Source: the human T2T-CHM13v2.0 reference genome, Homo sapiens. From it: a DNA stretch of 64,000 nucleotides. Under the pieces are notes generated by a model that saw only the letters and a list, made by a program, of their open reading frames with translations, had not been told where the DNA came from and made no database searches. The stretch lies in NCBI RefSeq assembly GCF_009914755.1, contig NC_060937.1; one strand, 5' to 3'. Below are positions 14,938 through 29,008 of this stretch, piece by piece. The stretch's first letter is position 1, and each line of letters starts with the position of its first letter. The position numbers and the translations under genes were made by a program.

Positions 14938-16779
14938 CTGTATTTGGACTATGAGTACTCCACAAAATATTAAATCATGTTTTAATATCAAATCTCACTT
15001 CTTTTTCATGTTCTTCTATACTCAAGGGTATATTCTATACTAAAAGAATTATGGCTTCAACCTGTAGCAAAATTTTGAAACTATAAAAGTTAACATTAAA
15101 AACTTATAATTAACAGTATAATAATTAGGGGGCAGGGGATGAAATGTGATTAAGTTAGTGAATCACTCAGAGTGATGCACCGAAAATGAAGCAGGCCTAA
15201 GAGCAAGAAGTCCCAAATCCTAGTTCTGACCCCCATCATTTGTGAGATGAGTAACCTTGGACAATTGACTCAAAATGGTGATAAAAACTGTAAATCACAA
15301 ATTCATTCTGAGAATAAACTGAAGCAGTGTTTAAGAAATCATTTGAAAATTGTTTGGTGGCTTTAAAAAGTGTTGAAATTATTTTGGCTTTGTTGCAAAA
15401 AGAGAAAGAACAAGTTCTCGGACATGGTTACTTTGTCCAGGAATCTCCCAAATTTAGTTCTCTGCCCAATTTTCCTTGTAGCATCAGTTAAACTGCCTTA
15501 ATTTTTCTTGTCTATGTATTTTCTCATCTATAAGAGGGAGATGTGTTTGTCTTTTAAGAAGTTATTAAACTTCTAAATTAAGTCCTCCGCTTCACTCTGG
15601 AGAATAAATGCAGCTGATGTAACAAACTGGTGGCCTGGCTTCTTTCATCTGCCTTTTAGACCAAGGAAGATACAGTGTGTTTTTGTAATATTGCAGCGAC
15701 TCCATGTGAAGTTTGTTTGTTTGTTTAGTGGCTTTCTGACAAGAGTCCCAGCCAGCCAAACTGAAGGAAAGCAGTTACTGAGGGGCATGGGAGTTCTGGA
15801 ACCTACAAGAGCAGATTTACACAGTGGATCTTAATCAGGAGGAGTGCGCATTTACAGTCAAGGAGAAAAGCCAAAATTCCATGCATAGAAGTATAACTTT
15901 TTACAATTAGTCTCCTCTTTCATAAATTGTCACAGTGAAGCTCTGCAAATTACTTGATCCCATTTCAAAAAATTGTACTTTTCTCCAAAGCACATAACTG
16001 TTACCCCAAAAGACAAAAACCATATTACTAAAAATGTTTTCATCTAGAAACAGAAGACACGTGCTTGTGGAAATGTTTCACCAACCTTTTTCAAGCATTA
16101 GTTAAAACTGTTACAAGGCATAATTATAAATGGCCATACATTTAACACTGTTATTTAATTAAATATTTGACTGTTTTGTAAGGATTACTTGTTATATTAA
16201 ATTTCAAATTTCCATAATTGTGTGATGATATAGAAATATATGTATATACCCACATTTGTGTGAGCTGCTCAACTGTAATTAATGATGCACTTTTATTCTC
16301 TATTATTGTGTGGAAAACATTCTGACACAAAATAAATGAAGCATAATCATTCAGAGTAATGATTCAAATGTACTGATTAATGATACCAAATAACTTCTCT
16401 GTTCCTGAGTTAAATTAAAACATTTATAGCCTGGGAATTATAGGGGTATCCCTAAATGAGTGTTTTGTAGACAATCATTTTCCCTCACAGGAACCACCTA
16501 CCCCCGTCACTGGAAATGAGTTCCTAGAGATTGTAAAATGTACCGTATTATTTTAAGTGCAAATAAGAGACAAAAACTCTATCCATTAAACTATTAGACA
16601 ATGCCAAATCGCCTTCAGAGACGTTTAAAAGCAGGTCAGGAGAGAGTGGGAGAGAATATGCCTGCATCCCAGACTTGATATACGGTATTCTCTTCCCACA
16701 GTAGGCACTCAGTAAATGTCTATCAAAGAGACATTTTTCAAATGTTGCACAAGGTATTTTCAAACTTCTTTAAAATTTG

Positions 16780-17065
16780 AAATAAGCCAGTCACCAGAAG
16801 AAATCACTTATATGAGGTACCTAAAGCAGTCAAATTCGTAGAGACACAAAATAGAACGGGTACCAGGGGCTGAGGGGAATGAGAAGTTACTGTCCAATGG
16901 GTAAAGAGATTCCATTCTGCAAGATGAAAAAAGTTCTGGACATGTATGGTGCTGATGGTTGCAAAACAATGTGAATATACTTGATGCTAGTGAATTGTAC
17001 GCTGGAAAATGGTTGTGCTGGTAAATTTATGTTACGCATATTTTATGACAATTAAAAATAACAAA
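16780..17065 (+). mobile_element. L1MB-type 3' end
   Basis: ataagccagtcac..tatgaggtacctaaagcagtcaaattcgtagagac..gcaagatgaaaaaagttctgga. Confidence 0.85.
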
Positions 17066-17336
17066 AAGATTTCCATAGGAAAAGAACAGTATGTAAGATG
17101 GACTCGCAAAACTATAAAACTCTCGATCTGGAAAGGACCTAAATTCAACCCAACTTAACAAGATAACTTGATAAGGTAACTTTCCATTGAAAACTACTTT
17201 TGCAGAAATACTGAGTCCTTTTTCAACGGACTGGTGAGAAACTTGCAGTTTCCAAACAAAAAGTCTTGCTGAGATAGCGCTTCACACAACTAGCTTACCA
17301 TCAGAATCACCATGGGCTTTTAAAAGACTTCCAGAC

Positions 17337-18170
17337 AACTCACACCTATTAGGATGGCTACTATCAAAAGAAAGAAATAAGTGTTAGCAAGAAAGTGAAA
17401 AATCGAAACTCTTGTGTACTGTTGGTAGGATTATAAAATGGTACAACTGCTAAGAAAAACAGTATGGCGGTTCCTCAAAAAGTTAAAAACAGAATTACCA
17501 TATGATCCAACAATTCCACTTCTGGATATATATCTGAAAGGATTAAAAGCAGGGTCCCTTGCTACCCACATTCACATCAGCATTATTCCCATTAGCCAAG
17601 AGGTGGAAGCAAACCCAAAAGTCCATCAAAAGATGAATGGATACACAAAATGTGGTAGACACATAGTATGTACTATTATTCAGCCTTATAAAGGAAGAAA
17701 ATTGTCACATGCTACAACATGGAGAACCTTGAAGACATTATGCTAAGTGAAATAAGCCACTCACAAAAAGTCAAATACTGACTGATTCCACTTAAAGTTC
17801 CAAGCCAGGTGTGGTGGCTCATGCCTTATCCCAATTCTTTGAGAGGCCAAGGCTGGAGGATCACTTGGGCCTAGGAGTTCAAGACCAGCCTGGGCAACAT
17901 AGTGGGACTCCATTTCTACAAAAAAAAGTTGTTTTTTTTTTAAGTTAGCTGGACATGGTGGTGCACACCTGTAGCTACAGCTACAATGGAGGCTGAGGTG
18001 GGAGGATCTCTTGAGCCTGAAAGTTCGAGGCTGCAGTGAGCTGTGATCACACCACCACACTCAAGTCTGGGTGACAAAGTGAGTTCTGGATGCCTATTGC
18101 ACAACACTGTGAATATATAATACTTAACACAATTTAACTGTACGTTTAAAAATGGTTAAGATGGTCCAAA
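17337..18170 (+). mobile_element. L1MB-type ORF2 end/3' UTR, split by an AluJ
   Basis: ORF 17438-17746 (VWRFLKKLKTELPYDPTIPLLDIY) is an L1 ORF2 C-terminal remnant. Confidence 0.9.
17803..18083 (+). mobile_element. AluJ SINE lacking a poly-A tail
   Basis: Both arms present; ends gggtgacaaagtgag directly into L1 sequence. Confidence 0.92.
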
Positions 18171-18764
18171 AGAAAAAAAAAAGCAACGTATATGTTAGAT
18201 AAGTAAATAAAAGATTTCCTGCCTCCCATCCCAAGCCTACTGGCTTAGAATTTCCAGAGATTAGGGTAAAATAACTGGTATTTCTAAAAAGCTTCCCAGG
18301 AAATGGCTCCACAATCAACAGAGATCTATCAATTCCATTAGTTTCCAACTTGTAAGTAACTAAAACACAATGGCAGCCATGTTTAACATTTCATTTTGTG
18401 TTTAAGACAGTTTATAGGTACACATAAAGTATTTCTATAAGCAATGGAAATTGATCAGTTTGACAACATCACTAAAAAAGGTAGGGTGTGGATTTTAATA
18501 CTGATACTGATGAGGAAAGAGACAAAGGAAGCCCTTTAAGTCTCTCTCTCTACAACATGCCATCTTCCTATCACTGAACTGATAACAGTGGGAGGAGCCC
18601 TAGTCCACTGACAGCAGCTCTACCTGCATCATGCCTGTGGTTTACACAGAGCCCCAAGTCTTCCTCCATTGGGTGTGCAAACATTCAGAAAGCCTCTGGT
18701 ACGAAATGACCAACCAGTACCAACCCTGGTCCAGAGAGTTCTAGAAAACTAGTCAACCAATTAA

Positions 18765-18980
18765 ACAGCAGTGTAGTAAAAGAGGCAAATAAAATAGGTC
18801 TCATAATCTAGCCCTGCCACATAACTGCCAGGTGATCTTAAGCAAGATACTGACTTTGATTACATTACAGAAAAATAACAGGGATGGTACTCGCAGATTT
18901 GTCATGAAACTTCCACTGAGATAATACACATGTAAAACATTTAGCACAATAAATGGTGTAAAATAGGTATTCAGTAATCA
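18765..18980 (+). mobile_element. MIR SINE relic
   Basis: aatctagccctgccacataactgc..tgatcttaagcaag..gagataatacacatgtaaaacatttagcaca. Confidence 0.7.
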
Positions 18981-19691
18981 AAAGATGACATTTTCACTGC
19001 TGATGCTTCTTTCATCTCGTCTTTTATAAAAATTACCTTAAGTACTATAGATTTCAGGACTAATCATTCCCTAAATATGTACTGATTTTTGTTTCTACTC
19101 CTAATTTACCTCAAGGACCATGCTTAATAGTATTACATTTTTTTCTATGTCCTTTGAAGCTCATCACATGGTACTAAGCAATCAGTAGACATGTTATTTA
19201 TCAACTTAACCATTCACTCAACAGACAATGGATCTGCCATGAGCAACACATCATCCTAGGCACTAGAATACACTGATCCCTACCCCTGAGTTTATGATCC
19301 ATGCTCAATAAAATCTATTCTGTTTTATTGAATTATTTATTGCAACAGCAGAAACACATATATATCTTTGCATACAGGCATGGAACGCCTCCTTCCATAG
19401 ATTTACAATAACCTATTCTCCTATATTACTCGTGCCAGAGAATGTCAGAAAATAAGTCACCTTATTTAATTATTAAAACTATCAATTTCAACTACGTAGA
19501 CAACTATAGTGTCTCATGTTCCAGCCCCCTCAAACAATGGGTTGGTCTAAAAATGAAAAATGTCTGTACATGCCCATTAGCTTGTAAAAGAGCCAATGTA
19601 AAACCAAAGAATTGTTACCTAATTAAAAGTAATTTGCTGCAAAATTATTGATTCAAGAACAAAAGAAATTCACATAAAGAAAAATATTTTC

Positions 19692-19805
19692 GGCCAGGCA
19701 AGCTGGCTCACACCTGTAATCCCAGCACTTTGGGAGGCTGAGGCAGGAGGACTGCTCGAGCCCAGGAATTCAAGACAAAACTGGGCAACATAGCAAGACC
19801 CTGTC

Positions 19806-19838
<33 letters not shown>

Positions 19839-19930
19839 AAAGTTAGCCAGGTGTGGTGGTGCGTACCTGTAATCCCAGCTACTTGGGAGGCTGAGGCAAG
19901 AGGATCACCTGACCCCAGGAGTTCCAACTG
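19692..19930 (+). mobile_element. AluJ SINE, 3'-truncated, with an expanded middle A tract
   Basis: A28 run at 19810-19837 between the arms. Confidence 0.92.
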
Positions 19931-20889
19931 CCATCCAGCCTTCACAATTTCTCTCCAATCCACACATATCCTTTTCACATGTAAAATTTCTCCCAGTTAG
20001 GAAAAAATATAAGTGAGCTAAAAAACATAGCTTGAGCTTTCATAGCTACTCCACTATACTATACTACTTATACTATAGGTAGCTAAGAGATTATGTGATA
20101 TTAAACTAAAGATTCTATCAATAGTCTATCAATTTTCTCCATTCATTTAGCACCACACTTGGTTCTCCCCAACCCTTTTTTTTCCAACCCCTCTGACACC
20201 CTCACCTCCACTATTCCCCAGATTTTACACTGTGTGCTGACTTAAACATCTGCTCTGCTAAGAAAGACCAAATACAAGTTGTTTTTAGTGAAGATGAACA
20301 TGTACATATTTTTGTATAAGATGAGTATCTAGTTTGCTATTTCTGGCAAAAGGGCAGGGAACATCCAAGGTTGTCAGTATAACTTTTATCTCTTGTGATT
20401 TAACTGGACCTTTAGCAAGCACAGAATATAACTTCAAAAGAAAGAAAGGATTTTTTCCATGATTAAACAAACAAAGCCAGGGAGCATTTTCCCGGGGCAG
20501 GGAAGGGGAGGCACACTGACAGACCTTCCGGCAAGAGTTAGGTTAGTTAAAAATTCTGAGGGAGGAAAAGAAGAAAATACAAGAATTACTGTTGCTACAT
20601 TAAGCAAAGCAAAACAAGTACAGGCAAAATAAAGAAAAATGTTTCAACAAAGGTGACAATATGAAATTTAAAAATAAGGAAGAGTGACTTGACAAAGTTT
20701 ACCTTGGGTTATCTGACAACATTGAAATGGGTTGGACAAAGTACACAGTGAGCTCAAACATCCTGGCTTTAAAAGCGTGGGGCCCACAGTCAGGCATCAT
20801 CTCTAGATCATCCATTATTATCTGTCTTATAAGGAGTAATGGTAATTTAGACAAATCCAATCCAATTTATTCCATCAAAGATGTATTGA

Positions 20890-21151
20890 GGCCGGGCGCA
20901 GTGGCTCACGCCTGCAATCCCAACACTTTAGGACACCAAGGCAGGCGGATCACTTGAGCCCAGAGACCAGACTGGGTAACATGGCAAAACACTGTGTCTA
21001 AAAAGTACAGAAAAATTAGCCCAGGTATGGTGACGCGTGCCTGTAGTCCCCGCTACTCAACAGGCTGAGGTGGGAGGATCACCTGAGCCCCAGAAGTCAA
21101 GGCTGCACTGAACCGTGATTGTGCCATTGCACTCCAGCCTGGGCGATAGGA

Positions 21152-21189
<38 letters not shown>
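20890..21189 (+). mobile_element. AluJ SINE with (CA)n in place of its tail
   Basis: Alu body to about 21153, then about 18 CA units. Confidence 0.92.
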
Positions 21190-21193
<4 letters not shown>

Positions 21194-23059
21194 TTTAATA
21201 CATTCTCATGTACAAAAACTCTAAGTACTCTAGGAGAGATACATAAATCCAAGTCTAAGATGTGTTTAAGTAACTCATACCACAGCTAATTTTCAAAAGT
21301 TTGTCCAGTTAATATTGAATTGAGAATTTGGCTCAACAATATGAGCTTGACATGTTTTATAGCTCAAACATAATTGAGTAATGGCAATTTCATAGGTTCA
21401 ACGGTTTGTATAATACTGATATTAAAAGGTAATGAAGTAACTGTGAAATAGAAGTCTAGGCAAAAAGTCTCTTAGGGTACAGAAATTAAAATGCAAAATA
21501 AAAAGTAATTCATTTTGTCTTTGGAAAGCAGGTTGGCTTCTTGGAGCAGGTGGCATATGAACTAGGCAGAAGTTTTTGAGATTTGGAATTATTAGAAGAG
21601 AGAATACAGTGAGATAGGGAATGGCAGATGGGGATTTCAGACTGGAAAAGCAAGATTTCTTATAGCATAGAATCATAAAGTGTAACAGAATAATTTAAAT
21701 AATAAAATCATCTATTTTAATGTTACCGAACAAGTACGTGAGGTTCACTATTAAAAATAATTTAGACCAAATTCACTTGGAGACTTGGATATTACGTCTC
21801 ATAACCGAATGAACAGGGTGATGTAACAAATATAAAGGTTTTCTGATCAATGATAAAAGAAAAATTAAATAAGAGAATTGAATCAACCATTCCCTATGAA
21901 AGGGCTACCAACTTTCTCCATTTCAGAAAAGTGTCAACATAAAACACTAAAAGCTCCTCACTCTATTACAAATGCAGCAGAATCCCACAGATCATCCTAT
22001 TCTGTTCCGTGATGGTCAACAGACTTCCCCTTGACCATTGTTCTCATGGTTGTCTCTGCCCCAAACACCAGGGTTTTTATAAAGTCCCCATTAGATTTTA
22101 AAGGTCAAGTTCTTCCTACCACTCTGCTTACAGATCACTAGAAGTCACCACGAAACATTTACCATGATAGCGGCAAATTTTAATAATCACTAGAATGTAT
22201 TGAGTAGTTTGTGGGAACACTGGCTTCTGCATGATTTTGAGGATGGTAATGAAGTCTAATCTACTGCTCCATTACACATATTATTCTTAGCCACAATAAC
22301 AGTGTTCCGTTTGAGCTTTAGGGCTGTATTTAAATAGATGGTTTAGGAAACAATAAAGCCTAAAAGAATACTGTAGGTGTATTCCAAATTTAGTGTGAGT
22401 AGGAAACATCAGGGGAATTTTATCTACTCCATCAAACAATAAAACACTCTGAGCCAGCAACACAAAGGAGCCAAAAAAAAAGGGATGGGAACATTTTTTC
22501 CGCTTATTTGAAAGCCAGTGTGCTAATAAAAATATCCATTAAAAAGCATATCAAGTCTTTTCATTATAGTTTGCAGGAGGTTTTGTTGGTTTTTTTAAAA
22601 GAGAAATGCTATATATTATGCTAGTTATATTACATAAACAGTAGAGCTTATTAATACCCTACAGGTCTATATCATGATCCATTAAACAAGCAAGCCAAGG
22701 GAAAGAATGGAGTTAGATGACCACGTGAAAGAAGAATGAGACAGTCCTGCAGAGAAAGACACAAACATCCAAGAACACATGAAAAGTACCAGCAATCAAA
22801 CCCACGTGACCAAAAAAAAGCATTCTAGTTGCTCAATCTTTCAAAACATCTTTACTGAAGACCTTTAGATATTGGCTGTGTTTTCATGAACATATGCAAA
22901 AACGGGGATACCTCATCACCTGCCCCAAGGGTCATATAAAATAATGTTAATGGCTGAATATAAAATCCACAGTTCGGAGGTTCTTTCCCAGGTAAAGTCC
23001 ATGACAATGTCAAAGCCTAACACAAGAAAGACGTAGCTCATATTACAACAAGCACCACC

Positions 23060-23490
23060 ATAAATGCCCTGCTACCAATCATATGCCTTGAGCACTTGTT
23101 ATGTATGAGACACTACACTAATGAGCTTACACATAATTCACTGAATTCTCACACTTCCTTGAGGTAGCTGCTGTTATTGTCCTCATTTCCAGATACAAAT
23201 GTCAAATTTTAGAGAGACCTAAAAATTTTTCTAAAGTTTAGCAGCCTTAAATAATGGAGCAGGGACTCAACCAGACATTTGTAATACTGGTCCTGAACTG
23301 TGATCCACTAGCCAGCGGGTTTCTAACTTTAAAGCTCGCCACAATCAACGGACAACTTGATTGTGCACCAATTCCTGGGCACCACCTTCAAAGGTTCTGA
23401 TTTAGCCATCTGGGGTTAAGCCCAGGACTCTGCATTTCAACCAACACTTGTGGTAATTCTGGTACAACTGTCTGTGGAGCAAATACCAAC
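23060..23490. mobile_element. MIR relic (minus) followed by a MER5-type MITE
   Basis: gagcacttgttatgt..cttgaggtag..ttattgtcctcatttccagat; then ggttctgattta..tctgggg..gcccaggactctgcatttcaac. Confidence 0.6.
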
Positions 23491-23761
23491 TTCTGAGCAG
23501 AATGGCTATTATCTGCACTGGAATAGAGATTGCTGGTACCTGCTAAAATGCTAATTAAAGCAAAGGATTACCTGCAATGATGAAAAACTGCAGTAAATTT
23601 TAAAATAAATTTTACTTTTAACCTGCTTTATATTTTTGATATATATTATATATAAAATTATGAAAGATATATTGAGTTTTTAATATTTCATATATTTTAA
23701 AAGTGGTTTAAACTTTAAAAATCAATTTTTGTTTTAACAATTAACTAAAGGAATCACTAAT

Positions 23762-24185
23762 TTTTATTATTATTATTATTATTACACTTTAAGTTTTAGG
23801 GTACACGTGCACAATGTGCAGGTTAGTTACATATGTATACATGTGCCATGCTGGTGTGCTGCACCCATTAACTCGTCATTTAGCATTAGGTATATCTCCT
23901 AATGCTATCCCTCCCCCTCCCCCCACCCCACAACAGTCCCCAGAGTGTGATGTTCCCCTTCCTGTGTCCATGTGTTCTCATTGTTCAGTTCCCATCTATG
24001 AGTGAGAACATGCGGTGTTTGGTTTTTTGTCCTTGCGATAGTTTGCTGAGAATGATGATTTCCAATTTCATCCATGTCCCTACAAAGGACATGAACTCAT
24101 CATTTTTATGGCTGCATAGTATTCCACGGTGTATATGTGCCACATTTTCTTAATCCAGTCTATCATTGTTGGACATTTGGGTTGG
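23762..24185 (-). mobile_element. Young L1PA2/L1PA3 5'-truncated insertion
   Basis: Near-consensus 3' UTR (ttttagggtacacgtgcacaatgtgcaggttagttac; tcatttagcattagg); perfect TSD aggaatcactaat at 23749-23761 and 24186-24198. Confidence 0.96.
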
Positions 24186-24295
24186 AGGAATCACTAATAT
24201 TTTAAGCATGGGTAGGAGTTGATGATCACTTGCTAGCATTTTTGTTTAAAGGCTTAAAACTATTATATTGCTCTTTGTATATTCCAAAATACATA

Positions 24296-24727
24296 CTGTT
24301 GACCCCTGAACATCATGGAGGTTAGGGGTACTGACCCCTACCTCGGGCACAGTGAAAAATCTTTGTGTAATGTTTGACTCCCCAAAAACTTAACTACTAA
24401 TAGCATGCTGTTGGCCAGAAGCCTCACAGATAACACAAACAGTAGATTAAAACATATTTTATATATGTAGTATGTCCTCTGTTCTTACATTAAAGTAAGC
24501 TAGAGAAAATAAAATGTTATTAAGAAAATCATAAGGAAAAGAAAATATATGTACTCTTCAAGTGGAAGCACATCATCATAAAGACCTCCATCCTTGTCGT
24601 CTTCAAGCTGAGTAGGGTGAGGAAGAGGAGGAGTTGGTCTTGCTGTCTTGGGGTGGCAGAGGTGGAAATATATCCACATATAAGTGGACCCATGCAGTTC
24701 ACACCTGTGTTGTTCAAGGGTCAACTG
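24296..24727 (-). mobile_element. Tigger2a (MER28)-type MITE
   Basis: TIRs ctgttgacccctgaaca / tgttcaagggtcaactg, with internal taaagtaagctagagaaa. Confidence 0.88.
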
Positions 24728-25921
24728 TGCTGTCTGGAACATTTTGTTTATGTGCCCTTGAGGATGATGACAAGCTGTGACATTATTTAGCAGTAATGTG
24801 ATTTGGGGTTAATTCTGACAATAATGTGAACAGGAAATAGAAAGCATGGCCCAAGAAGTGAGTCTCAGATAGAAACACAAGGGACAAGAAGCTCAGGCAC
24901 CAGCAAAAGTATGTGACCGAACGTCGACACAGGTCCTCTGTCAGAAGTTATATAGGTCAGAGACAAGACAGAAGGGTTTAAAAAAAATTTTTTTTTTTTT
25001 TTGAGAGAATTTTCTCACCCATTAAAGTAGCTGATGCCCCTGGGCTCTAAGAGGAGAGGCTCAGTTTCACTGCAAGAGTCCAGAATCTTCTGCCAAAGCA
25101 ATCTCACAATAGCTCAGAGTCAAGGACAGCTGCACGATATGGAGGAGGGGCTCAACGTCTGCTGAATACCTCTCTGGGCTTCAACTATGTGCCAAGATGT
25201 GTGTCAGTCAAGTGCTTGGCTAAATCAGTGATGAAGATGCACTCCCTGCTCTCGAAGAGTTAATAATCTGATTGAGATCAGGTTTCTAGCCCCAGCTTGT
25301 GTCAGCTTCTAGCCATATGATTCCAAGCATGTCACTTAAAAGTTCCTGAGCCCCAGGTTTTGTTATTTGGAAACCAGAGATAACATTTCTTCAGTGTGTT
25401 GGCATCAAATGAGAATATCTGTTAAGTATAATATACTATTATCTGTAATGTATAATATACTATTAATTGGTGTTTCTCGGTGTATTGTGTAAAAGAAGCC
25501 AGAACTGGGCTATCAAAGAAGCCCAACTGATGTACACACAGTTAATAAGCAGAAAAGAAGGAACTGCCCATTTCCTGCACTCAAGTGCATTCTTAACAAA
25601 GAGAACACTGATGAGGGGCATGACCCAGGTTAGTTCTACCAATATACTCTTATTCCTTGAAACTTCACAGGGACGAGTGATTGGAGGAGGGAGTGGTATC
25701 CTACAGACTGGAAAACAAAAGCATGGTCTTGCTCTCTTTCAGCATCATGGGGCACAAAGAGATACAAACTCCACAAACCATGGTGAGCTTGGCCCAAAGA
25801 CAAAGCAATTCTTACTATTTATCAAACTTGCTCAGAAATTCCAGCAAGCATAAATACTCTATTTCAGAGGAATTTAACCCACCATAGAAACTATTACACT
25901 GATAAAAAGTGTGGCTATAGC

Positions 25922-26177
25922 TTTTTTTTTTTGAGACAGTCTTGCGCTGTTGCCCAGGCTGGAATCTCCTGAGTTCACGCAATTCTCCCACCACAGCCTC
26001 CCAAGTCTCTGAGATTACAGACATATGCCACTATGCCTGGCTAGTTTTTATATTTTTAGTAAAGACGGCATTTCACCATGTTGGCCAGGCTAGTCTCAAA
26101 CTACTGATCTTAAGCGATCCGCCCACCACAGCTTCCCAAAGTGCTGGGATTGCAGGCATAAGCCACCGTGCCGAGCC
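25922..26177 (-). mobile_element. Alu SINE (J/S), internally deleted
   Basis: Poly-T plus reverse-complement Alu lacking part of the right arm. Confidence 0.92.
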
Positions 26178-27996
26178 CTAGATCTTTCAACTCTAGCATA
26201 GCAAAGGACAAAAAGAGAAAGATGAGGACTATTCAGAAATCAATATATGGTCATCACATGGTACTCTGATGTGCATAATCTGACCTACAAGAAAGAGCAC
26301 AGTGCTGGGGTTCTGAACATTTGGGTTACTATCTGCCCTCTGCCATTATACAGATCTGCAGCCTTAAGGTCATTCAATGCCTAAACTTGTACTTCTGAAA
26401 AGTGAGAATGGTCATATTAACTCTACACCTTTTTTACAGGGCTTTCATGATGACCAGATAGGGTCTTGAATGTGAAAGCACTTTGAACTGTTAAAAATCA
26501 CTCACAAAGAATCATGACTAAAGATATAAACTTCACTTGTATGCATAACAGGATGTTTCAAGACAATAAGATTTAATTTTCTGGATTGTACTGTAAACCA
26601 CTTTATATGCAAGCTCTTAAAAAATAAAACGCCTGTGTAGTAAATTAGTACCTCTAGACAATTCTGCTATCTCTGTGACAATTATTTCTAGAATTCTGAT
26701 GCGTAATTATCAAAAAAAGTAGTAAAACCCTAAATACAAATCCAAGCTTAACCTCCATGAAGTTTATTTTACTTTATTAACACTATATGATATTCATTGC
26801 TTTTCAAGTAAATGATGGGGTAAATGAGTCCTATAAACACATGCACACAGAGTCAAGGAAAACTTCCACCCGCCCCCTACAAAAAAAGGTGGAGAATCAA
26901 AGACACACAGGCTCAGGTTCATGAATATAGTAGATTCATTCCATTTTTAAAACAGGTATTACTGTGTTCTCTTTTTAACCCTAAAAGGACCAAATATCTT
27001 CAAAATAATGATGGTGGTGACTCTTCATTCCTAGGCCATTTTATCAAATATAAGTGTATATTTAGATAGACCCATGAAAAAATAACAAGTTGAAAATTCC
27101 ACAGATAACCTAATTATCTAGGTATTTAAAAATTGTGACAAAGATACTACTATAAAACCACAAACAGATATTTCTTATTATATGGATGCAGAAATCCTCA
27201 AAATAGCAAACCAAACCTAGCAACATGAAAAAATTAAATTATATACCATGGCCAACTGGGATTCATCCCAGGTACGCAAGGTTGGTTTAACATCTGAAAA
27301 TCAATTAATGTAATGCACCATAGCAAAACCACAGGATCATATGGAAAGATGCAATAAAAGCAATTGACAAAACACCATTTATTGAAAAAAAAAAAACACA
27401 AATCAAACTAGGAATAGAAAGGAATTTCCTTGACACGACGTAACATGCAGGGGGAAAAAAAAAAAAAAAACAACCATGGCTAGTATCATACTTAAAGGTG
27501 AAAGATAGATGCTTTACCCCTAAGATGAGGAATAAAATACTCATGTCTGCTCTCACCACTCCAATTTAACATTGTGCTAGAAGTTCTAGCCAGGATAGTA
27601 AGGCAAGAAAAAGAAATAAAAGGCATCCAGATTGGAAAGGAAGAATAAAACTCTATTTGTAGATGTCTTGATCTTGTATATAGAAAATTCTAAGGAATAC
27701 ACTGAAAATACATTACAACTAATAAATGAGTTCAGCAAAGTTGCAGAATACTAACTCAATATACAAAAATCAATACACCTTTTATATACTTGTATTGAAC
27801 GATCCAAAAACAAAATTAAAACAATTATATTTATAATAGTATAAAAAGTAATGAGATACTTAATAATAAATTTAACAAAAGAAGTATAAAACCTATACTC
27901 TGGAAACTACAAAAAAATTATTCAAAGAAATTAAAGATCTGAATGAAAGAAAAAACATCCTGTATTCCCAGATTGGAAGACTCAAGATTGTTAAAA

Positions 27997-28092
27997 TGTC
28001 ACACATATCCTCTGCCTCCACACATGCATAACCTCTTTCATTATCAACATCCCATATCAGAGTGGTACATATGTTACAATTGAGGAATCTAC
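27997..28092 (-). repeat. 96-bp inverted copy of 29485-29580
   Basis: Ungapped reverse-complement match with 6 mismatches by eye. Confidence 0.93.
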
Positions 28093-28187
28093 TCCCAAAT
28101 TAATCTACAGATTCAATGTAATCCCTACCAGAATCATAACTGACTTCTCTATCAAAATCGACAAGCTGATTCTAAAATGCATGTAGA

Positions 28188-28510
28188 GTCTAATAAATGT
28201 ATACTGGTGGGTCGCTGTGGTTTTAATTTGCATTTCCCTGATGACTAATGATGATGAACAATTTTCCATGTGCTTAGTTGCCATCCATGTATCCTCTTTG
28301 ATAAAGTATCTCTTGAGGTCTGTCGCCTGTTTTTTGATTGGGCTTTTCTGCTACTGTTGAGTTTTGAGAGTTCCTTGTATATTCTGGATAGAGCCCTTTG
28401 TTAGATACCTCATTTGTGTATTCTTCTCATTCTGTAGGTTCTCCTTTATTCTCTTAACAATGTCATTCACAGGACAAAACTTTTAATTTTGATATAGCCC
28501 AATTCATTAA
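28188..28510 (-). mobile_element. Independent L1M fragment inserted antisense in the host L1
   Basis: gtggttttaatttgcatttccctgatgactaatgatg..gagttttgagagttccttgtatattctggata. Confidence 0.85.
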
Positions 28511-29008
28511 AAAACATAAAAATAAAAATAAAATTTGTATAGAAATTGCAAGAGATCCAGAATAGCCAAAACTACCTTGAAAAAAAAAAAAAGAAAGTAA
28601 GAAAGCTCATACTCTTCCATTTCGAAACTTACTACAAAGCATCAAGAAACAAGACCAGTGTGGTTTTAGCATAAGGATGTAGGTCAATGGAGCAGAATTC
28701 AGAGTTCAAAAATGAGCTCATGTGTCTATGGCCAATAGATTTTTGACGGGAGTACCAAGATCACTGTATGAAAAATCAAGAGTCTTTTTAACAAATGGAG
28801 CTCAGATAACTGGAAATCCACATGCAAAAGAATGACTTTGGACCCTTGCCTCATAACATATTCAAAAATTAAAAATGGATCAAAGAACAAACATTCGAAC
28901 TAAAACAATAAATTTCTTAGAAGAAAATACAAGGGTAAATTTTAAAGACCTATGACTTGGCAATGATTTTTAGATATGACACCAAAACCACAAGTAACAA
29001 AAAGTTAA

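Noticed and set aside
19460-19546. Strong minus-strand acceptor (tttttcatttttag) giving short peptides such as PTHCLRGLEHETL*
   Set aside because: No convincing donor and no independent support; such acceptors are common on a T-rich strand.
28188-28510. Possible inverted local copy of the L1 sequence at 29960-30520
   Set aside because: Similarity is only family-level with many indels, so it is an independent L1 fragment, unlike 27997-28092.
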